A DNA stretch of 24,000 bases from Pseudomonadota bacterium (GTDB lineage Bacteria; Pseudomonadota; Gammaproteobacteria; Halothiobacillales; Halothiobacillaceae), in assembly GCA_040758295.1 (NCBI GenBank), contig JBFLVZ010000011.1:13917-37916 (forward strand), written 5' to 3'. Under the pieces are notes generated by a model that saw only the letters and a list, made by a program, of their open reading frames with translations, did not search any database and was not told where the DNA came from. Positions 11,384-23,181 of this stretch are shown here, piece after piece (positions within the stretch are counted from its first letter, which is position 1; every line of letters begins with the position of its first letter). A program made the position numbers and the translations under genes.

Positions 11384-11838
11384 TAGTCGTCAATGGGTTG
11401 GTAGGGGTCGGGGTAGCCGAGTCTGGCGAGGATGTGTGTCTCCAGCGTTTCCATCTCCACCGCCTCCTCCTCGGTCTCATGATCGTAGCCCAGAAGATGC
11501 AGCACGCCATGCACGGTGAGGTGGGCGTAATGGGCCTCGAGCGGCTTGCCCTGCTCGGCGGCCTCGCGCGCGACCACCTCCGGGCAGATGACGATGTCGC
11601 CGATGTACGGGATGCCGCTCTCCAGCGGGAATTCGAGCGGGAAGGACAGCACGTTGGTGGCGTAGGCCTTGCCGCGGTACTGCTGGTTGAGGGAGGCCAT
11701 CTCGGCGGCGTCGGTCAGGCGCAGGGTCAGGCCGGTGGCGCGCTCGCCGAGGGCTTCGCGCACCCAGCGGGTGAAGGAGGTCTCGTCGGGCAGGCCGACG
11801 GGGCCCGCCTCGGGGTACTGGATTTCGAGATCAAGCAT
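11383..11838 (-). CDS. ybeY: Endoribonuclease YbeY (rRNA maturation)
   Basis: LNQQYRGKAYATNVLSFPLE and HLTVHGVLHLLGYDHE. Start chosen at MLDLEIQYPE (11838); the track starts at 11856. Confidence 0.93.
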   Translation of the reverse strand: MLDLEIQYPEAGPVGLPDETSFTRWVREALGERATGLTLRLTDAAEMASLNQQYRGKAYATNVLSFPLEFPLESGIPYIGDIVICPEVVAREAAEQGKPLEAHYAHLTVHGVLHLLGYDHETEEEAVEMETLETHILARLGYPDPYQPIDD

Positions 11839-12808
11839 GGATGTCAGCCTTCTCATAGGCCGCGACGATGCGCTTGACCAGCGGGTGACGGACCACGTCG
11901 CGGGCCTGGAAGAAGGTGAAGCTCACCCCGTCCACGTCCTTGAGGATCTCGATCACGTGGCGCAGGCCGGAGGTCTGCGCGCGCGGCAGGTCGATCTGGG
12001 TCACGTCGCCGGTCACCACCGCGCGCGAGCCGAAGCCGATGCGGGTGAGGAACATCTTCATCTGCTCGACCGTGGTGTTCTGCGCCTCGTCGAGGATGAT
12101 GAACGCCTCGTTCAGGGTGCGGCCGCGCATGAAGGCCAGCGGCGCGACCTCGATCACGTTGCGTTCGATGTATTTCGCCACCCGCTCGAAACCGAACATC
12201 TCGTACAGGGCGTCGTACATCGGTCTCAGGTAGGGGTCGATCTTCTGCGCCATGTCGCCGGGCAGGAACCCGAGCCGCTCGCCGGCCTCGACCGCCGGGC
12301 GCACCAGCACGATGCGGCGCACCTCCTCCTTCTCCAGCGCCTCGACCGCCGAGGCCACCGCAAGATAGGTCTTGCCGGTGCCGGCCGGGCCGATGCCGAA
12401 GGAGAGGTCATGGGTGCGGATGTCGCGCAGGTAGCGCACCTGGTTGGTGCCGCGCCCGCGGATGAGGCTGCGCGGGGTGCGGATGCTGACCTCTTCGGGC
12501 AGGTCCTCTTCCGGGGCAGCCTCGGCCTCGTCGCCGAAGCCGCTCTCGACCAGGGCGAGATGCACGGCGCCGGAGTTGAGTACGGCCTGTTCGGTCTGGG
12601 CGTAGAGGTCGTTTAGCAACTTGACGGCGGTGACGGCCGCATCCTCCGGGCCGATGACTTGAAACTGGAAGCCGCGGTTGTTGATCTCCACGCCCAGGCG
12701 GCGCTCGATCATGCGCAGGTGACCATCGAGCTGGCCGCAGAGGTTGGCGAGGCGGGTGTTGTCCTCGGGGGCGAGGAGGAAGGATCGGGTCTGTAGCTGA
12801 GTGCTCAA
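11831..12808 (-). CDS. phoH: PhoH-like ATPase (YbeZ)
   Basis: 325 aa; IGPAGTGKTYLA, FIILDEAQNTTVEQMKMFLTRIG, VVTGDVTQIDLPR. Confidence 0.95.
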   Translation of the reverse strand: MSTQLQTRSFLLAPEDNTRLANLCGQLDGHLRMIERRLGVEINNRGFQFQVIGPEDAAVTAVKLLNDLYAQTEQAVLNSGAVHLALVESGFGDEAEAAPEEDLPEEVSIRTPRSLIRGRGTNQVRYLRDIRTHDLSFGIGPAGTGKTYLAVASAVEALEKEEVRRIVLVRPAVEAGERLGFLPGDMAQKIDPYLRPMYDALYEMFGFERVAKYIERNVIEVAPLAFMRGRTLNEAFIILDEAQNTTVEQMKMFLTRIGFGSRAVVTGDVTQIDLPRAQTSGLRHVIEILKDVDGVSFTFFQARDVVRHPLVKRIVAAYEKADIHA

Positions 12809-12880
12809 GTTCGGGAGTGGTGCGAGAGAATAACCACGATCATGGGCCGGGGTGGGGGAAATTTCAACCGGGGGGCTGGG

Positions 12881-12939
12881 GTAGGAGGCCCGCCCCCGGG
12901 CCGATTACGCATCGGCTCGCGACGGGGCGTCGCTCCTAC
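12881..12939. repeat. REP-like palindromic element, copy 2, overlapping the miaB stop codon
   Basis: GTAGGAGGCCCGCCCCCGGG...GACGGGGCGTCGCTCCTAC; perfect terminal GTAGGAG/CTCCTAC inverted repeats. Confidence 0.7.
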
Positions 12940-14288
12940 ACGACCTCCCCGCGCAGGGAGTTGGGCAGCACCTCGGTGATGCGCACGTCGATCATCTGCC
13001 CGATCAGGCGCGCGCCGCCCTTGAAGTTGACCACCCGGTTGTTCTCGGTGCGTCCCATCAGCTCGTCGGGGTCCTTCCGGGAGGGGCCCTCGACCAGGAT
13101 ACGCTGGACGGTGCCGAGCATCGCCTCGCTGATCGCGCGGGCCTGGCTGTTGATCAGCTCCTGCAGGCGGTAGAGGCGCTCCTTCTTGGCCTCCAGCGGG
13201 GTGTCGTCCGGCAGGCTCGCCGCCGGGGTGCCGGGGCGGGCGCTGTAGATGAAGCTGAACGACTGGTCGAAGCCGACATCGCGGATCAGCTTCATGGTGG
13301 CCTCGAAGTCGGCCTCGGTCTCGCCGGGGAAGCCGACGATGAAGTCGGAGGACAGGCAGATGTCCGGGCGCGCCTCGCGCAGCTTGCGGATCTTCGACTT
13401 GTACTCGATGGCAGTGTGGCCGCGCTTCATCGCCGCAAGCACCCGGTCGGAACCGGACTGCACCGGAAGGTGCAGGAAGCTCGCGAGCTTGGGCACGTTG
13501 CGGTAGGCCTCGATCAGCCGGTCGGTGAATTCGACCGGGTGCGAGGTGGTGAAGCGGATGCGCTCGATGCCGTCGATGGCGGCGACGAACTCGATCAGCA
13601 GCGCGAGATCGGCGATGCCGCCGTCGTGCATCGCGCCGCGGTAGGCGTTCACGTTCTGGCCGAGCAGGTTGATCTCGCGCACACCCTGCGCGGCGAGCTG
13701 GGCACACTCGGCCAGCACGTCGTCGAACGGGCGGGAGACCTCCTCGCCGCGGGTGTAGGGCACCACGCAGAAGGTGCAGTACTTGGAGCAGCCCTCCATG
13801 ATCGAGACGAAGGCGGTCGGGCCTTCCGCGCGCGGCTCGGGCAGACGATCGAACTTCTCGATCTCCGGGAAGGAGATGTCGACCACCGCGTGGCCTGAGC
13901 TGCGCACCTCGCGGATCATCTCCGGCAGGCGGTGCAGGGTCTGCGGACCGAACACCACATCGACGAACGGCGCGCGTTCACGCAGCGCCTCGCCCTCCTG
14001 GCTGGCCACGCAGCCGCCCACGCCGATCACAAGCTCAGGCTTCGCGCGCTTGAGCTCCTTCCACTGGCCGAGCTGGGAGAACACCTTCTCCTGCGCCTTC
14101 TCGCGGATGGAGCAGGTGTTGAGCAGGATCACGTCCGCCTCTTCCGGGGTTTGCGCCAGCTGCATGCCCTCGCAGGCATGCAGCACATCGCCCATCTTCT
14201 GGCTGTCGTATTCGTTCATCTGGCAGCCCCAGGTCTTGATGTAGACCTTCTTGGGCGCGGCGTGGGAGGCGGTTTGGTCGCGATTCAT
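12936..14288 (-). CDS. miaB: tRNA-2-methylthio-N6-dimethylallyladenosine synthase
   Basis: 450 aa; [37 protein letters not shown] (radical SAM CxxxCxxC), [12 protein letters not shown]. Confidence 0.97.
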   Translation of the reverse strand: MNRDQTASHAAPKKVYIKTWGCQMNEYDSQKMGDVLHACEGMQLAQTPEEADVILLNTCSIREKAQEKVFSQLGQWKELKRAKPELVIGVGGCVASQEGEALRERAPFVDVVFGPQTLHRLPEMIREVRSSGHAVVDISFPEIEKFDRLPEPRAEGPTAFVSIMEGCSKYCTFCVVPYTRGEEVSRPFDDVLAECAQLAAQGVREINLLGQNVNAYRGAMHDGGIADLALLIEFVAAIDGIERIRFTTSHPVEFTDRLIEAYRNVPKLASFLHLPVQSGSDRVLAAMKRGHTAIEYKSKIRKLREARPDICLSSDFIVGFPGETEADFEATMKLIRDVGFDQSFSFIYSARPGTPAASLPDDTPLEAKKERLYRLQELINSQARAISEAMLGTVQRILVEGPSRKDPDELMGRTENNRVVNFKGGARLIGQMIDVRITEVLPNSLRGEVV

Positions 14289-14538
14289 GGAGGTTAACCA
14301 GTCGCAGTGGATGAAGGGGCGGCATTCTAAGCCCTTGATCCTGCAAAGGCCATGGGAGGGGTGGGTCTTGCTCAGACAGGAAGGGGCAGTCCGGTGTCCT
14401 CGTGGGTCTCCTCGAGTGCGAATCCGGCGGTGATTGGGGCCGTCGATGGTGGCGTTGGCAGAACTCGGCGCCTCGTGGATGCCCCGTGATGCGCCTTCTC
14501 AAGAGTAAGGCGCGATGGGCTCTAACCCGCGCATGCAA

Positions 14539-14560
14539 AAGGGCGGCCGAGGCCGCCCTT
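14539..14560 (-). terminator. Rho-independent-type terminator downstream of the comEA-like gene
   Basis: Perfect inverted repeat AAGGGCGGCC-GA-GGCCGCCCTT; on the minus strand it is followed by further T residues. Confidence 0.7.
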
Positions 14561-14578
14561 GATCCCGCGATGGTGACC

Positions 14579-14863
14579 TTACTTCTTCGCGCCGGCCGGC
14601 GCGCCCTTGACGGTCACCTCGGCCCTGATCTTTTCCAGCATCTTCGGCCCGATGCCCGCGACCTTCTCCAGGTCCTCGACCTTCTGGAACGGGCCGTTCT
14701 TGGCGCGGTAGTCGACAATGGCCTGCGCCTTGGCGGGGCCGATGCCGTTGATGGCTTCAAGCTGCGTGGCAGTGGCGCTGTTCAGATCGACCGGTTCGGC
14801 GGCGAAGGCCGCCAGCGGGCCGAGGGCAAGGGTAAGCACGAACGGGTGCATGAACTTCTTCAT
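14579..14863 (-). CDS. ComEA-like helix-hairpin-helix DNA-binding protein (exported)
   Basis: 94 aa with signal peptide then VDLNSATATQLEAINGIGPAKAQAIVDYRAKNGPFQKVEDLEKVAGIGPKMLEKIR. Confidence 0.9.
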   Translation of the reverse strand: MKKFMHPFVLTLALGPLAAFAAEPVDLNSATATQLEAINGIGPAKAQAIVDYRAKNGPFQKVEDLEKVAGIGPKMLEKIRAEVTVKGAPAGAKK

Positions 14864-14967
14864 CCTGAACTCCTTGTTCATCAAACCGGCGACAGTGCCG
14901 GTACACCCTTGTTTAGATGGCGCACAAGCCATCCGCCATCAGAAAAATCCAAGAAGAGCTGAGATTT

Positions 14968-16806
<1,839 letters not shown>

Positions 16807-16859
16807 GATGGATTGCTATGAAATGAAAGGATTATGGTATCCGAAAGCCGGGCGGTCGT

Positions 16860-17024
16860 TCAGCCGAGGCTCAAATGGTCCTGGCGACACTGCTATACAA
16901 CCATCATCTGCCACAGAAAGCCTTGGGGCATGTCAGTCCCATCAAAGCAATGAAACAATGGCAGCAATCACGCCCTGAGCTGTTTCATAAGCGCGTCACC
17001 AATCAGGTGGGACACGACAACTAG
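16860..17024 (+). pseudogene. 3' fragment of an integrase/transposase, IS481-like
   Basis: Manual translation: SAEAQMVLATLLYNHHLPQKALGHVSPIKAMKQWQQSRPELFHKRVTNQVGHDN*. This matches the typical C-terminal YNHHLPQKALGH...PIQALKxW...PELFxKRVxNxxGxD pattern. No upstream catalytic domain is present. Confidence 0.65.
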
Positions 17025-18019
17025 CGATGCCTGCCGGGCCGGCTACCACAGAAATGCTTCACCTCCCACGCCCAGGCATGCTCGATGATGGTGCCCAAGG
17101 CATCGAACTTTGGCGTCCAGCCAAGATCACGACGCGCGGCGGTGGCATCTGCAACCAAACGAGCCGGATCGCCGGGCCGGCGTTCGCCGTACTGGATGGG
17201 GATGTTCAGGCCGGTCACTTCGCGCGCGGTGTCGATGACTTCCTTTACCGAGAACCCGCTGCCGTTGCCCAGGTTGTAGCGGGCGCTCTCGCCCGTTGCC
17301 ATCATGCGCTTGAGGCCGAGCAGGTGGGCCTCGCACAGATCCTGCACATGGATGTAATCGCGGATGCAGGTGCCGTCCGGCGTGTCGTAGTCCGTACCGA
17401 ACACCGTAATTGCTTCGCGTCGGCCGGAGGCGGCTTGGAGGATCAGCGGGATCAGGTGCGTTTCTGGATCGTGCCGTTCGCCGATCTCGCCCTCCGGATC
17501 CGCACCGGCGGCATTAAAGTAGCGTAGGACTGTGGATTTGAGGCCATAGGCCCGGTCGTAGTCTTCGAGGATCTGCTCCATCATCAGCTTGCTGCGCCCG
17601 TAGGGGTTGATCGGCTGCTGAGGGTGCGCTTCGTCCATCGGAGTGTTAACTGGCTCACCAAAGGTGGCAGCGGTGGACGAGAAAATGAAGTTCAGCACCC
17701 CGTGGCGCACCATCGCATCAAGCAGGTTCAGCGTGTTGGCCACGTTGTTGCGGTAGTACTTCGCAGGATCAGTCATCGACTCACCGACTAGGCTGAAGGC
17801 GGCGAAGTGCATCACCGCATCGAACCGGCTGGAGCTAAACAGTCTGTCCGGCAGCACGGAGTCCGCCATGTCACCCTGCACGAGTTCGCCGTAACGCACC
17901 GCATCCGCATAACCGGTGGTCAGGTTGTCCAGGGTGCTGACCTGGTGTCCGGCGCGAGCCAGCATCTTGACCATGTGCGAGCCGATATAGCCGGCCCCGC
18001 CGACAACGAGAATGTTCAT
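17021..18019 (-). CDS. galE: UDP-glucose 4-epimerase
   Basis: 332 aa; MNILVVGGAGYIGSHMVKML, SSTAATFG, NPYGRSKLMMEQIL, ALKSTVLRYFNAAGADPEGEIGE, CIRDYIHVQDL. Confidence 0.95.
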   Translation of the reverse strand: MNILVVGGAGYIGSHMVKMLARAGHQVSTLDNLTTGYADAVRYGELVQGDMADSVLPDRLFSSSRFDAVMHFAAFSLVGESMTDPAKYYRNNVANTLNLLDAMVRHGVLNFIFSSTAATFGEPVNTPMDEAHPQQPINPYGRSKLMMEQILEDYDRAYGLKSTVLRYFNAAGADPEGEIGERHDPETHLIPLILQAASGRREAITVFGTDYDTPDGTCIRDYIHVQDLCEAHLLGLKRMMATGESARYNLGNGSGFSVKEVIDTAREVTGLNIPIQYGERRPGDPARLVADATAARRDLGWTPKFDALGTIIEHAWAWEVKHFCGSRPGRHR

Positions 18020-18130
18020 CTGTTCCTATGTGCTTGAAAAAAGGCCGCGTTATTGCGCCTGAAGGCCAAAACCATTCATGTTCACCTTGCATGGATTGAA
18101 CCGCCCCGGGTTTCGTGGAGGCCATTTGGT

Positions 18131-19045
18131 TCAAGCACAGGCCGCTGATTCGGCCTGCTTGGCGAGTTGCCGGTAGTAGTTTGCCTCAGCCTCGGCGGGC
18201 GGGATATACCCTATGGGTTCAAGCAGCCGGTGGTGGTTGAACCACGCCACCCATTCCAGCGTCGCCAGTTCCACCGCTTCCCGCGTCTTCCACGGCCCGC
18301 GCCGGTGGATCAGCTCCGCCTTGTACAGCCCGTTGATCGTCTCGGCGAGCGCGTTGTCGTAGCTATCGCCCTTGCTTCCCACGGAGGGTTCGACCCCCGC
18401 CTCCATCAGGCGCTCGCTGTAGCGGATGCTGAGGTACTGCGAGCCGCGGTCGGAGTGATGCACGAGACTCCCGTCGCGCTCCGGCTGGCGGGCATAGAGC
18501 GCCTGCTCCAGTGCGTCCAGCACGAAATCGGTCGTCATCGATCGGCTCACCCGCCAGCCGACGATGCGTCGGGCAAACACATCGATCACGAACGCCACAT
18601 ACAGCCAGCCCTGCCAGGTCGAGACGTAGGTGAAGTCCGAGACCCAAAGCTGATTCGGGCGCTCCGCCCTGAATTGCCGGTTGACCCGATCCAGCGGACA
18701 CGGCTGTTGGGGATCGGGCACCGTCGTGCGCACGGCTTTGCCGCGCACCGCGCCGGAGAGACCCAGACGACGCATCAGCCGCTCGACCGTGCAGCGCGCG
18801 ACCTGGGTGCCTTCGCGCTGCATCTGCCGCCAGACCTTGTCCGCCCCGTAGACCGACAGATTGGCTTGCCAGACGCGTTCGATCTCGGGTATCAACCCAT
18901 CGTCGCGTTGCGCACGCGCACAGCGCAGCGCGGGATCGCGCTGGCGCGCCGCATGACTCCGATAGCCCGACGGGGCAATCTGCAAGACTTTGCAGATCGG
19001 CTCGACCCCGAAGGACGCGCGATGCGCGTCAACAAAGGCGTTCAT
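18131..19045 (-). CDS. IS3-family transposase OrfB (DDE integrase)
   Basis: 304 aa; [88 protein letters not shown]. Confidence 0.95.
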   Translation of the reverse strand: MNAFVDAHRASFGVEPICKVLQIAPSGYRSHAARQRDPALRCARAQRDDGLIPEIERVWQANLSVYGADKVWRQMQREGTQVARCTVERLMRRLGLSGAVRGKAVRTTVPDPQQPCPLDRVNRQFRAERPNQLWVSDFTYVSTWQGWLYVAFVIDVFARRIVGWRVSRSMTTDFVLDALEQALYARQPERDGSLVHHSDRGSQYLSIRYSERLMEAGVEPSVGSKGDSYDNALAETINGLYKAELIHRRGPWKTREAVELATLEWVAWFNHHRLLEPIGYIPPAEAEANYYRQLAKQAESAACA

Positions 19046-19374
19046 GATTTGAGTCGGCGGTCGAGCTCCGCCTGGGCGAAAAACGCGCTCGCCAGCTTGA
19101 GTATCTCGTTCGCCCGGCGCAATTCCTTGACCTCGCGCTCCAGCGCCTTGATGCGCTCGCGCTCTTCGCTGGTGACGCCATCGCGCTGGCCGGTGTCGAC
19201 CTCATGCCGTTTGACCCATTCATGCAGGGTGTGCGGTGAGCAGCCGATCTTGGGGGCGATGGACGCCACCGCCGCCCACGGTGAGGCGTACTCGCCTCGG
19301 TGTTCCTGCACCATGCGCACGGCGCGTTCACGGACTTCAGGGGAATACTTGATTGGCTTGGGTTTCTTCATCAT
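19042..19374 (-). CDS. IS3-family transposase OrfA (HTH)
   Basis: 110 aa; [22 protein letters not shown]...[37 protein letters not shown]; ATGA overlap with orfB. Confidence 0.93.
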   Translation of the reverse strand: MMKKPKPIKYSPEVRERAVRMVQEHRGEYASPWAAVASIAPKIGCSPHTLHEWVKRHEVDTGQRDGVTSEERERIKALEREVKELRRANEILKLASAFFAQAELDRRLKS

Positions 19375-19450
19375 GGCTCCATTCTCTTTGGAAAAAGAGC
19401 CTCCTCAAAATCCGGGGCGCTTCACACAGTTGCTGCTAGACAGAGCAGGT

Positions 19451-20860
19451 TCAATAGGCATTCTTGTTGATGAAACCCTTGAAGATCGTCAGGAAGATGA
19501 TCTTCAGATCGAACCACAGCGACCAGTGCTCGATGTAGTACAGGTCGTATTCCACCCGTTTCTTCATCTTCTCGAGCGTGTCCGTCTCACCACGGTAGCC
19601 ATTCACCTGAGCCCAGCCTGTAATACCCGGCTTGACCTTGTGGCGCTTCATGTAGTCATCGATCAGATCCTTGTACTTCTCATTGTGTGCGACCGCATGA
19701 GGGCGCGGCCCCACGATCGACATACGCCCCTGCAGCACGTTAATAAGCTGCGGTAGCTCATCCAGACTGGTGCGGCGCAAGAATGCGCCGATAGGTGTAA
19801 TCCGGGGGTCTCCCTTGCGGGCTTGGGTTACCTGTCCGGCATCCTCGGTATGAACAACCATCGAGCGGAATTTGTAGATCGTGATTTCTCTTCCATCCCA
19901 GCCATGCCTTTTCTGCTTGAAAAGCACCGGCCCAGAAGATGAAAGCTTCACCGCCAGGGCAATGCTCAGGAAAATAGGGCTGAAAATGATCAGGATCAAG
20001 CAACCAAGAACCCAATCTTCCACGCCCTTCACCAGCCTATTCATGCCCGTCATGGGCGTGGTTGAGAGATCCAGCATCGGTATGCCGGCGACCTCGCTGA
20101 CCCCATGGTTGAGCAGTCGGAAGGCGAAGATGTCCGGCACATAGCGGATGTCGGCGGTGCTGTGGCGAAGCAGGTGCAGCGCATCCCGCACCCGAGCCTC
20201 GTCCCTCAGGGGCAAGGTAATCCATACCTCGGCTACGTCATGCTCGCGCAGATAGCCATCAAGCCCAGCCAAATCGTGATGAAGAGGAATGCCTTCAAAT
20301 GTCACGCTCGACGAGGGCTTGTCATCGAATACGGCGACAACATCAAAGCCAGTCCAGTCTAATGATTTTACTCGGCGTAGCAGTTCCCGACCTGCCTCGG
20401 CTTGACCGATCATGACGACGCGCTTCTGGTTTTTACCATGCAGGTGGAACCAGCGAAGAAGGCTATACAGCGCGAGCCGTTCAGTTAGCAAAAAAACACC
20501 CGACAATAGAGCCCAGGTGCTGAGCCATAGGCGTGAATAAGTGTCTGATAATTTGAGGAAAAACAGAAGTAGGATCAGGGTCGCTACCACAGATGCCCAG
20601 CCAATCAACACGCGGCCGAACATGTCGGCCAGATTGGTGCCACGCCAGGATCGGTAAATTCCCATCCCGCTGAAAATCACCAGCAGCAGAAGGACACTAG
20701 TCAGAATCAGCAGAGCATAACGCGAGGGCATGGGGAACCCCGCCACGCCGAAGCGCCACAGGTAGGCGAGGGCGCCAGCAAGGCCAATGAAGATAGCATC
20801 CCCAAACTTTATGAAAAGAGCTGGAAAATCGTGCTCGATGTGCGAAGGACGGCCTGTCAT
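19451..20860 (-). CDS. Undecaprenyl-phosphate glucose/galactose phosphotransferase (WcaJ/EpsE-type polyprenyl sugar transferase)
   Basis: 469 aa; N-terminal TM helices, CoA-binding-like region ([19 protein letters not shown]), C-terminal [30 protein letters not shown]...[38 protein letters not shown]. Confidence 0.93.
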   Translation of the reverse strand: MTGRPSHIEHDFPALFIKFGDAIFIGLAGALAYLWRFGVAGFPMPSRYALLILTSVLLLLVIFSGMGIYRSWRGTNLADMFGRVLIGWASVVATLILLLFFLKLSDTYSRLWLSTWALLSGVFLLTERLALYSLLRWFHLHGKNQKRVVMIGQAEAGRELLRRVKSLDWTGFDVVAVFDDKPSSSVTFEGIPLHHDLAGLDGYLREHDVAEVWITLPLRDEARVRDALHLLRHSTADIRYVPDIFAFRLLNHGVSEVAGIPMLDLSTTPMTGMNRLVKGVEDWVLGCLILIIFSPIFLSIALAVKLSSSGPVLFKQKRHGWDGREITIYKFRSMVVHTEDAGQVTQARKGDPRITPIGAFLRRTSLDELPQLINVLQGRMSIVGPRPHAVAHNEKYKDLIDDYMKRHKVKPGITGWAQVNGYRGETDTLEKMKKRVEYDLYYIEHWSLWFDLKIIFLTIFKGFINKNAY

Positions 20861-20888
20861 GTGCTGGTTTACGATATTTTATGGGGTT

Positions 20889-21074
20889 CTACCCCGTTTT
20901 CACGGACGGTTGTAAAAGGCTCAAGAACGTCTGATCCTGCTGTGCGACTCTACGCCGCATCCGAGGGTTGTGGAATCGCTCGATGTAATCAAAAACATCG
21001 GATCGGGCGGCGTCCATGGTTCGATAGATGTTGTATCTCGGATGATTCACCAATTGGTCGTCGACGTGGTTTAG
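20889..21074 (-). pseudogene. C-terminal remnant of an IS3-family transposase
   Basis: RTMDAARSDVFDYIERFHNPRMRRRVAQQDQTFLSLLQPSVKTG resembles the IS3-type ...EARxDVFDYIERFYNPxRRH... end. Only the C-terminal portion is present, ending at the IS5-like element. Confidence 0.55.
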
Positions 21075-22397
21075 CAGGCCGTTGAAAAAATGCCCATCGA
21101 AGCGGCCATGTACCCGTTTGCATGGGTCCGAAGCCAGCGCAAGCCGTTTTTTATGGCTCCGACAGCCGCTTGGGCTCCCCCTTTGGGAGCTGCTCGCCCA
21201 TTTTGGGCGCACTGACCCCTGATTCACACATGATGCGCATCCCACCAGCCAGCGATGGAGCCCATGCGCACCAGGTTGTACGCGGCAAAGCACATCAGCG
21301 CCTGCCCTGCCAGCTTGGCATGCCCGATGAGCCGGGTCTTGGCCAGACCGCCCACGGTCTTGCTCCAGCCAAAGGCTTCTTCGATGCGTTTGCGCACCCT
21401 CAGGCTGACCTTATAGCCTTCGTGCCGCTGGGTGCGTGCGTCAATGGCCGAGTGCTTGGCTTTGGCCGCCACGTGCGGGGTCATGCCCAGCTTGCGGCAG
21501 CCTTGGACAAAGGCACGGCAGTCATAGCCCTTGTCCGCCACCACGGTGAGTCGGCGGACTTTGCGCTTTTGGCGCTCGAGCATCTTGAGTGCGGCCTGCC
21601 GCTCGGCCGTGCCGCTGGCATGGGTGATTTCGACGTCCACCACCAGCCCGTGGCGGTTGTCCATGAGGATATGCCCCATGTGGCACAGACGGGACTTGTC
21701 GCCTGCGGCCTTCTTGAACAGCCGCGCATCGGCATCGGTCGTGCTTGCGTGGGTGTCGTTGCGGCGCTGCTCGCCTTTGAAGTCAACCTCGGCGTTTCGC
21801 CCCGCAGTCGGTGTGTGGTCGTCGTCTTTGCGCTTGAAGCTTTTGTGCGAGGCCCAGGCCTCAATGAGTGTGCCGTCGACGCTGAAGTGCTCGTCGCCGA
21901 TCAACTTTGCCCACTGCGCGGTGTATTTGACCCGCTCGAAGAACATACGGGCGAGGTCTTCGTTGAAGAGGCGCTCGCGGTTGGCGCTGAAGGTGGAGTG
22001 GTCCCAGACCTTGTCCTCGATGTTCAGGCCCACGAACCAGCGGTACAGCAGGTTGTAGTCGATGGCCTCCACCAGCAGCCGCTCGCTGCGGATGGAAAAC
22101 AGGATCTGCAGCAGCAGTGCCTTGAGCAGCATTTCGGGCGGCACCGAAGGGCGGCCACGGCGGGCATAGACCGCCTCGAACTCTGTGCTCATGCTGGCCA
22201 GCAAGGCATCGACCAGTGCCCGCAGCTTGCGCAGCGGGTGCTTGGCCGGGACCCGCTCTTCGATGCTGATGTAGCTGAACATCGCCCCCTGAAAGTTCTG
22301 TGTGCCTCTCATCTTCGCCGTCTGCTGTCTCGTCGTCGCCGTGGCTCACATGGTACCGGCAGCACGGACGGCTGCGGGGGAGTTTTTCAACGGCCTG
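21075..22397 (-). mobile_element. IS5-like insertion sequence, apparently complete
   Basis: Terminal inverted repeats CAGGCCGTTGAAAAA (21075-21089) and TTTTTCAACGGCCTG (22383-22397), flanked by TTAG (21071-21074) and CTAG (22398-22401). Confidence 0.8.
21224..22312 (-). CDS. IS5-family transposase
   Basis: 362 aa; GRPSVPPEMLLKALLLQILFSIRSERLLVEAIDYNLLYRWFVGLNIEDKVWDHSTFSANRERL, DGTLIEAWASHKSF, VVADKGYD, RKRIEEAFGWSKTVGGLAKTRLIG. Confidence 0.93.
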   Translation of the reverse strand: MRGTQNFQGAMFSYISIEERVPAKHPLRKLRALVDALLASMSTEFEAVYARRGRPSVPPEMLLKALLLQILFSIRSERLLVEAIDYNLLYRWFVGLNIEDKVWDHSTFSANRERLFNEDLARMFFERVKYTAQWAKLIGDEHFSVDGTLIEAWASHKSFKRKDDDHTPTAGRNAEVDFKGEQRRNDTHASTTDADARLFKKAAGDKSRLCHMGHILMDNRHGLVVDVEITHASGTAERQAALKMLERQKRKVRRLTVVADKGYDCRAFVQGCRKLGMTPHVAAKAKHSAIDARTQRHEGYKVSLRVRKRIEEAFGWSKTVGGLAKTRLIGHAKLAGQALMCFAAYNLVRMGSIAGWWDAHHV

Positions 22398-22482
22398 CTA
22401 GGAGCTCGATGCGTACGCCATTCCGATGGGGACAGTGTCCTGAGTTACTACAGAAGGACTATGTCGCCCAATGGGGCTCGTT

Positions 22483-23181
22483 TCACGGCATGCTCGACTC
22501 CAGCAGACATTGTGCCAGACGAAAATCGAAGGCGGTGTCGATGTCCACCGATCGCTCTGCCGGCATGACATGGGCCAAGGTTTCTTCGGTGAGGAAGCTT
22601 CGCGTTTGCAGCAGCCAGTCGACCCGCGCTACGTAAATCGCGCCGTTGAGGGCGTAGAGTGTCGGTATATCCTGCCGCCGTGCGGGGCGCTGCTCAGGAG
22701 GGAGAAAGGAGTGCATACGCCCGTTATTGTTCAGGCTGAACATCCACCATGGCGAGGCACTCGCTTCGCATACGCTCACGCAGGCGGGAGCGCCGCCCGC
22801 AAGACAGTGCTCGATGGCGGCATCGATGTCTCCGACTGTGCGCAGCGGTGAGGTGGGCTGCAGAAGCACCACCCAGTCGAAGCCCGGAAGGATGTCGAGC
22901 GCGTGCAAGACGACGTCGATTCCAGGGGTGTCGTCCCGCGCCAGCGCTTGTGGGCGCACGAAAGGAATCTCTGCGCCGCATGCCCGGGCTACGGCCAGGA
23001 TCGATTCGTCGTCGGAGGACACCACTACCCGCGTCACATATCTGGAGGCCTTGGCAGCTTCGATGCTCCAGCCGATCAGCGGCTTGCCGTGCAGCGGGCG
23101 GATGTTCTTGCCGGGCAGGCCCTTGCTGCCCCCGCGCGCGGGGATGAGGGCCAGGATTCTCGGTCGTTCTTTCTCAGCCAT
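22483..23181 (-). CDS. Acylneuraminate cytidylyltransferase family protein (CMP-nonulosonate synthetase; NeuA/PseF/LegF-like)
   Basis: 232 aa; ILALIPARGGSKGLPGKNIRPLHGKPLIGWSIEAAKAS, VVLLQPTSPLRTVGDIDAAIE, NGAIYVARVDWLL, SVDIDTAFDFRLAQ. Confidence 0.92.
   Translation of the reverse strand: MAEKERPRILALIPARGGSKGLPGKNIRPLHGKPLIGWSIEAAKASRYVTRVVVSSDDESILAVARACGAEIPFVRPQALARDDTPGIDVVLHALDILPGFDWVVLLQPTSPLRTVGDIDAAIEHCLAGGAPACVSVCEASASPWWMFSLNNNGRMHSFLPPEQRPARRQDIPTLYALNGAIYVARVDWLLQTRSFLTEETLAHVMPAERSVDIDTAFDFRLAQCLLESSMP

Larger units (their letters stand above)
18097..19424 (-). mobile_element. IS3-family insertion sequence, apparently complete
   Basis: Imperfect terminal inverted repeats TGAACCGCCCCGGGTTTCGTGGAGGC (left) and TGAAGCGCCCCGGATTTTGAGGAGGC (right, reverse complement) enclose orfA and orfB. 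No matching target duplication seen. Confidence 0.85.

Noticed and set aside
12805-13707. 300-aa minus-strand ORF overlapping miaB
   Set aside because: Alternate frame of miaB; the miaB frame carries radical-SAM motifs throughout.
14289-14538. Possible small RNA or gene between miaB and the comEA-like gene
   Set aside because: No conserved ORF, tRNA-like fold or repeat array visible; only the hairpin at 14539-14560 is well supported.
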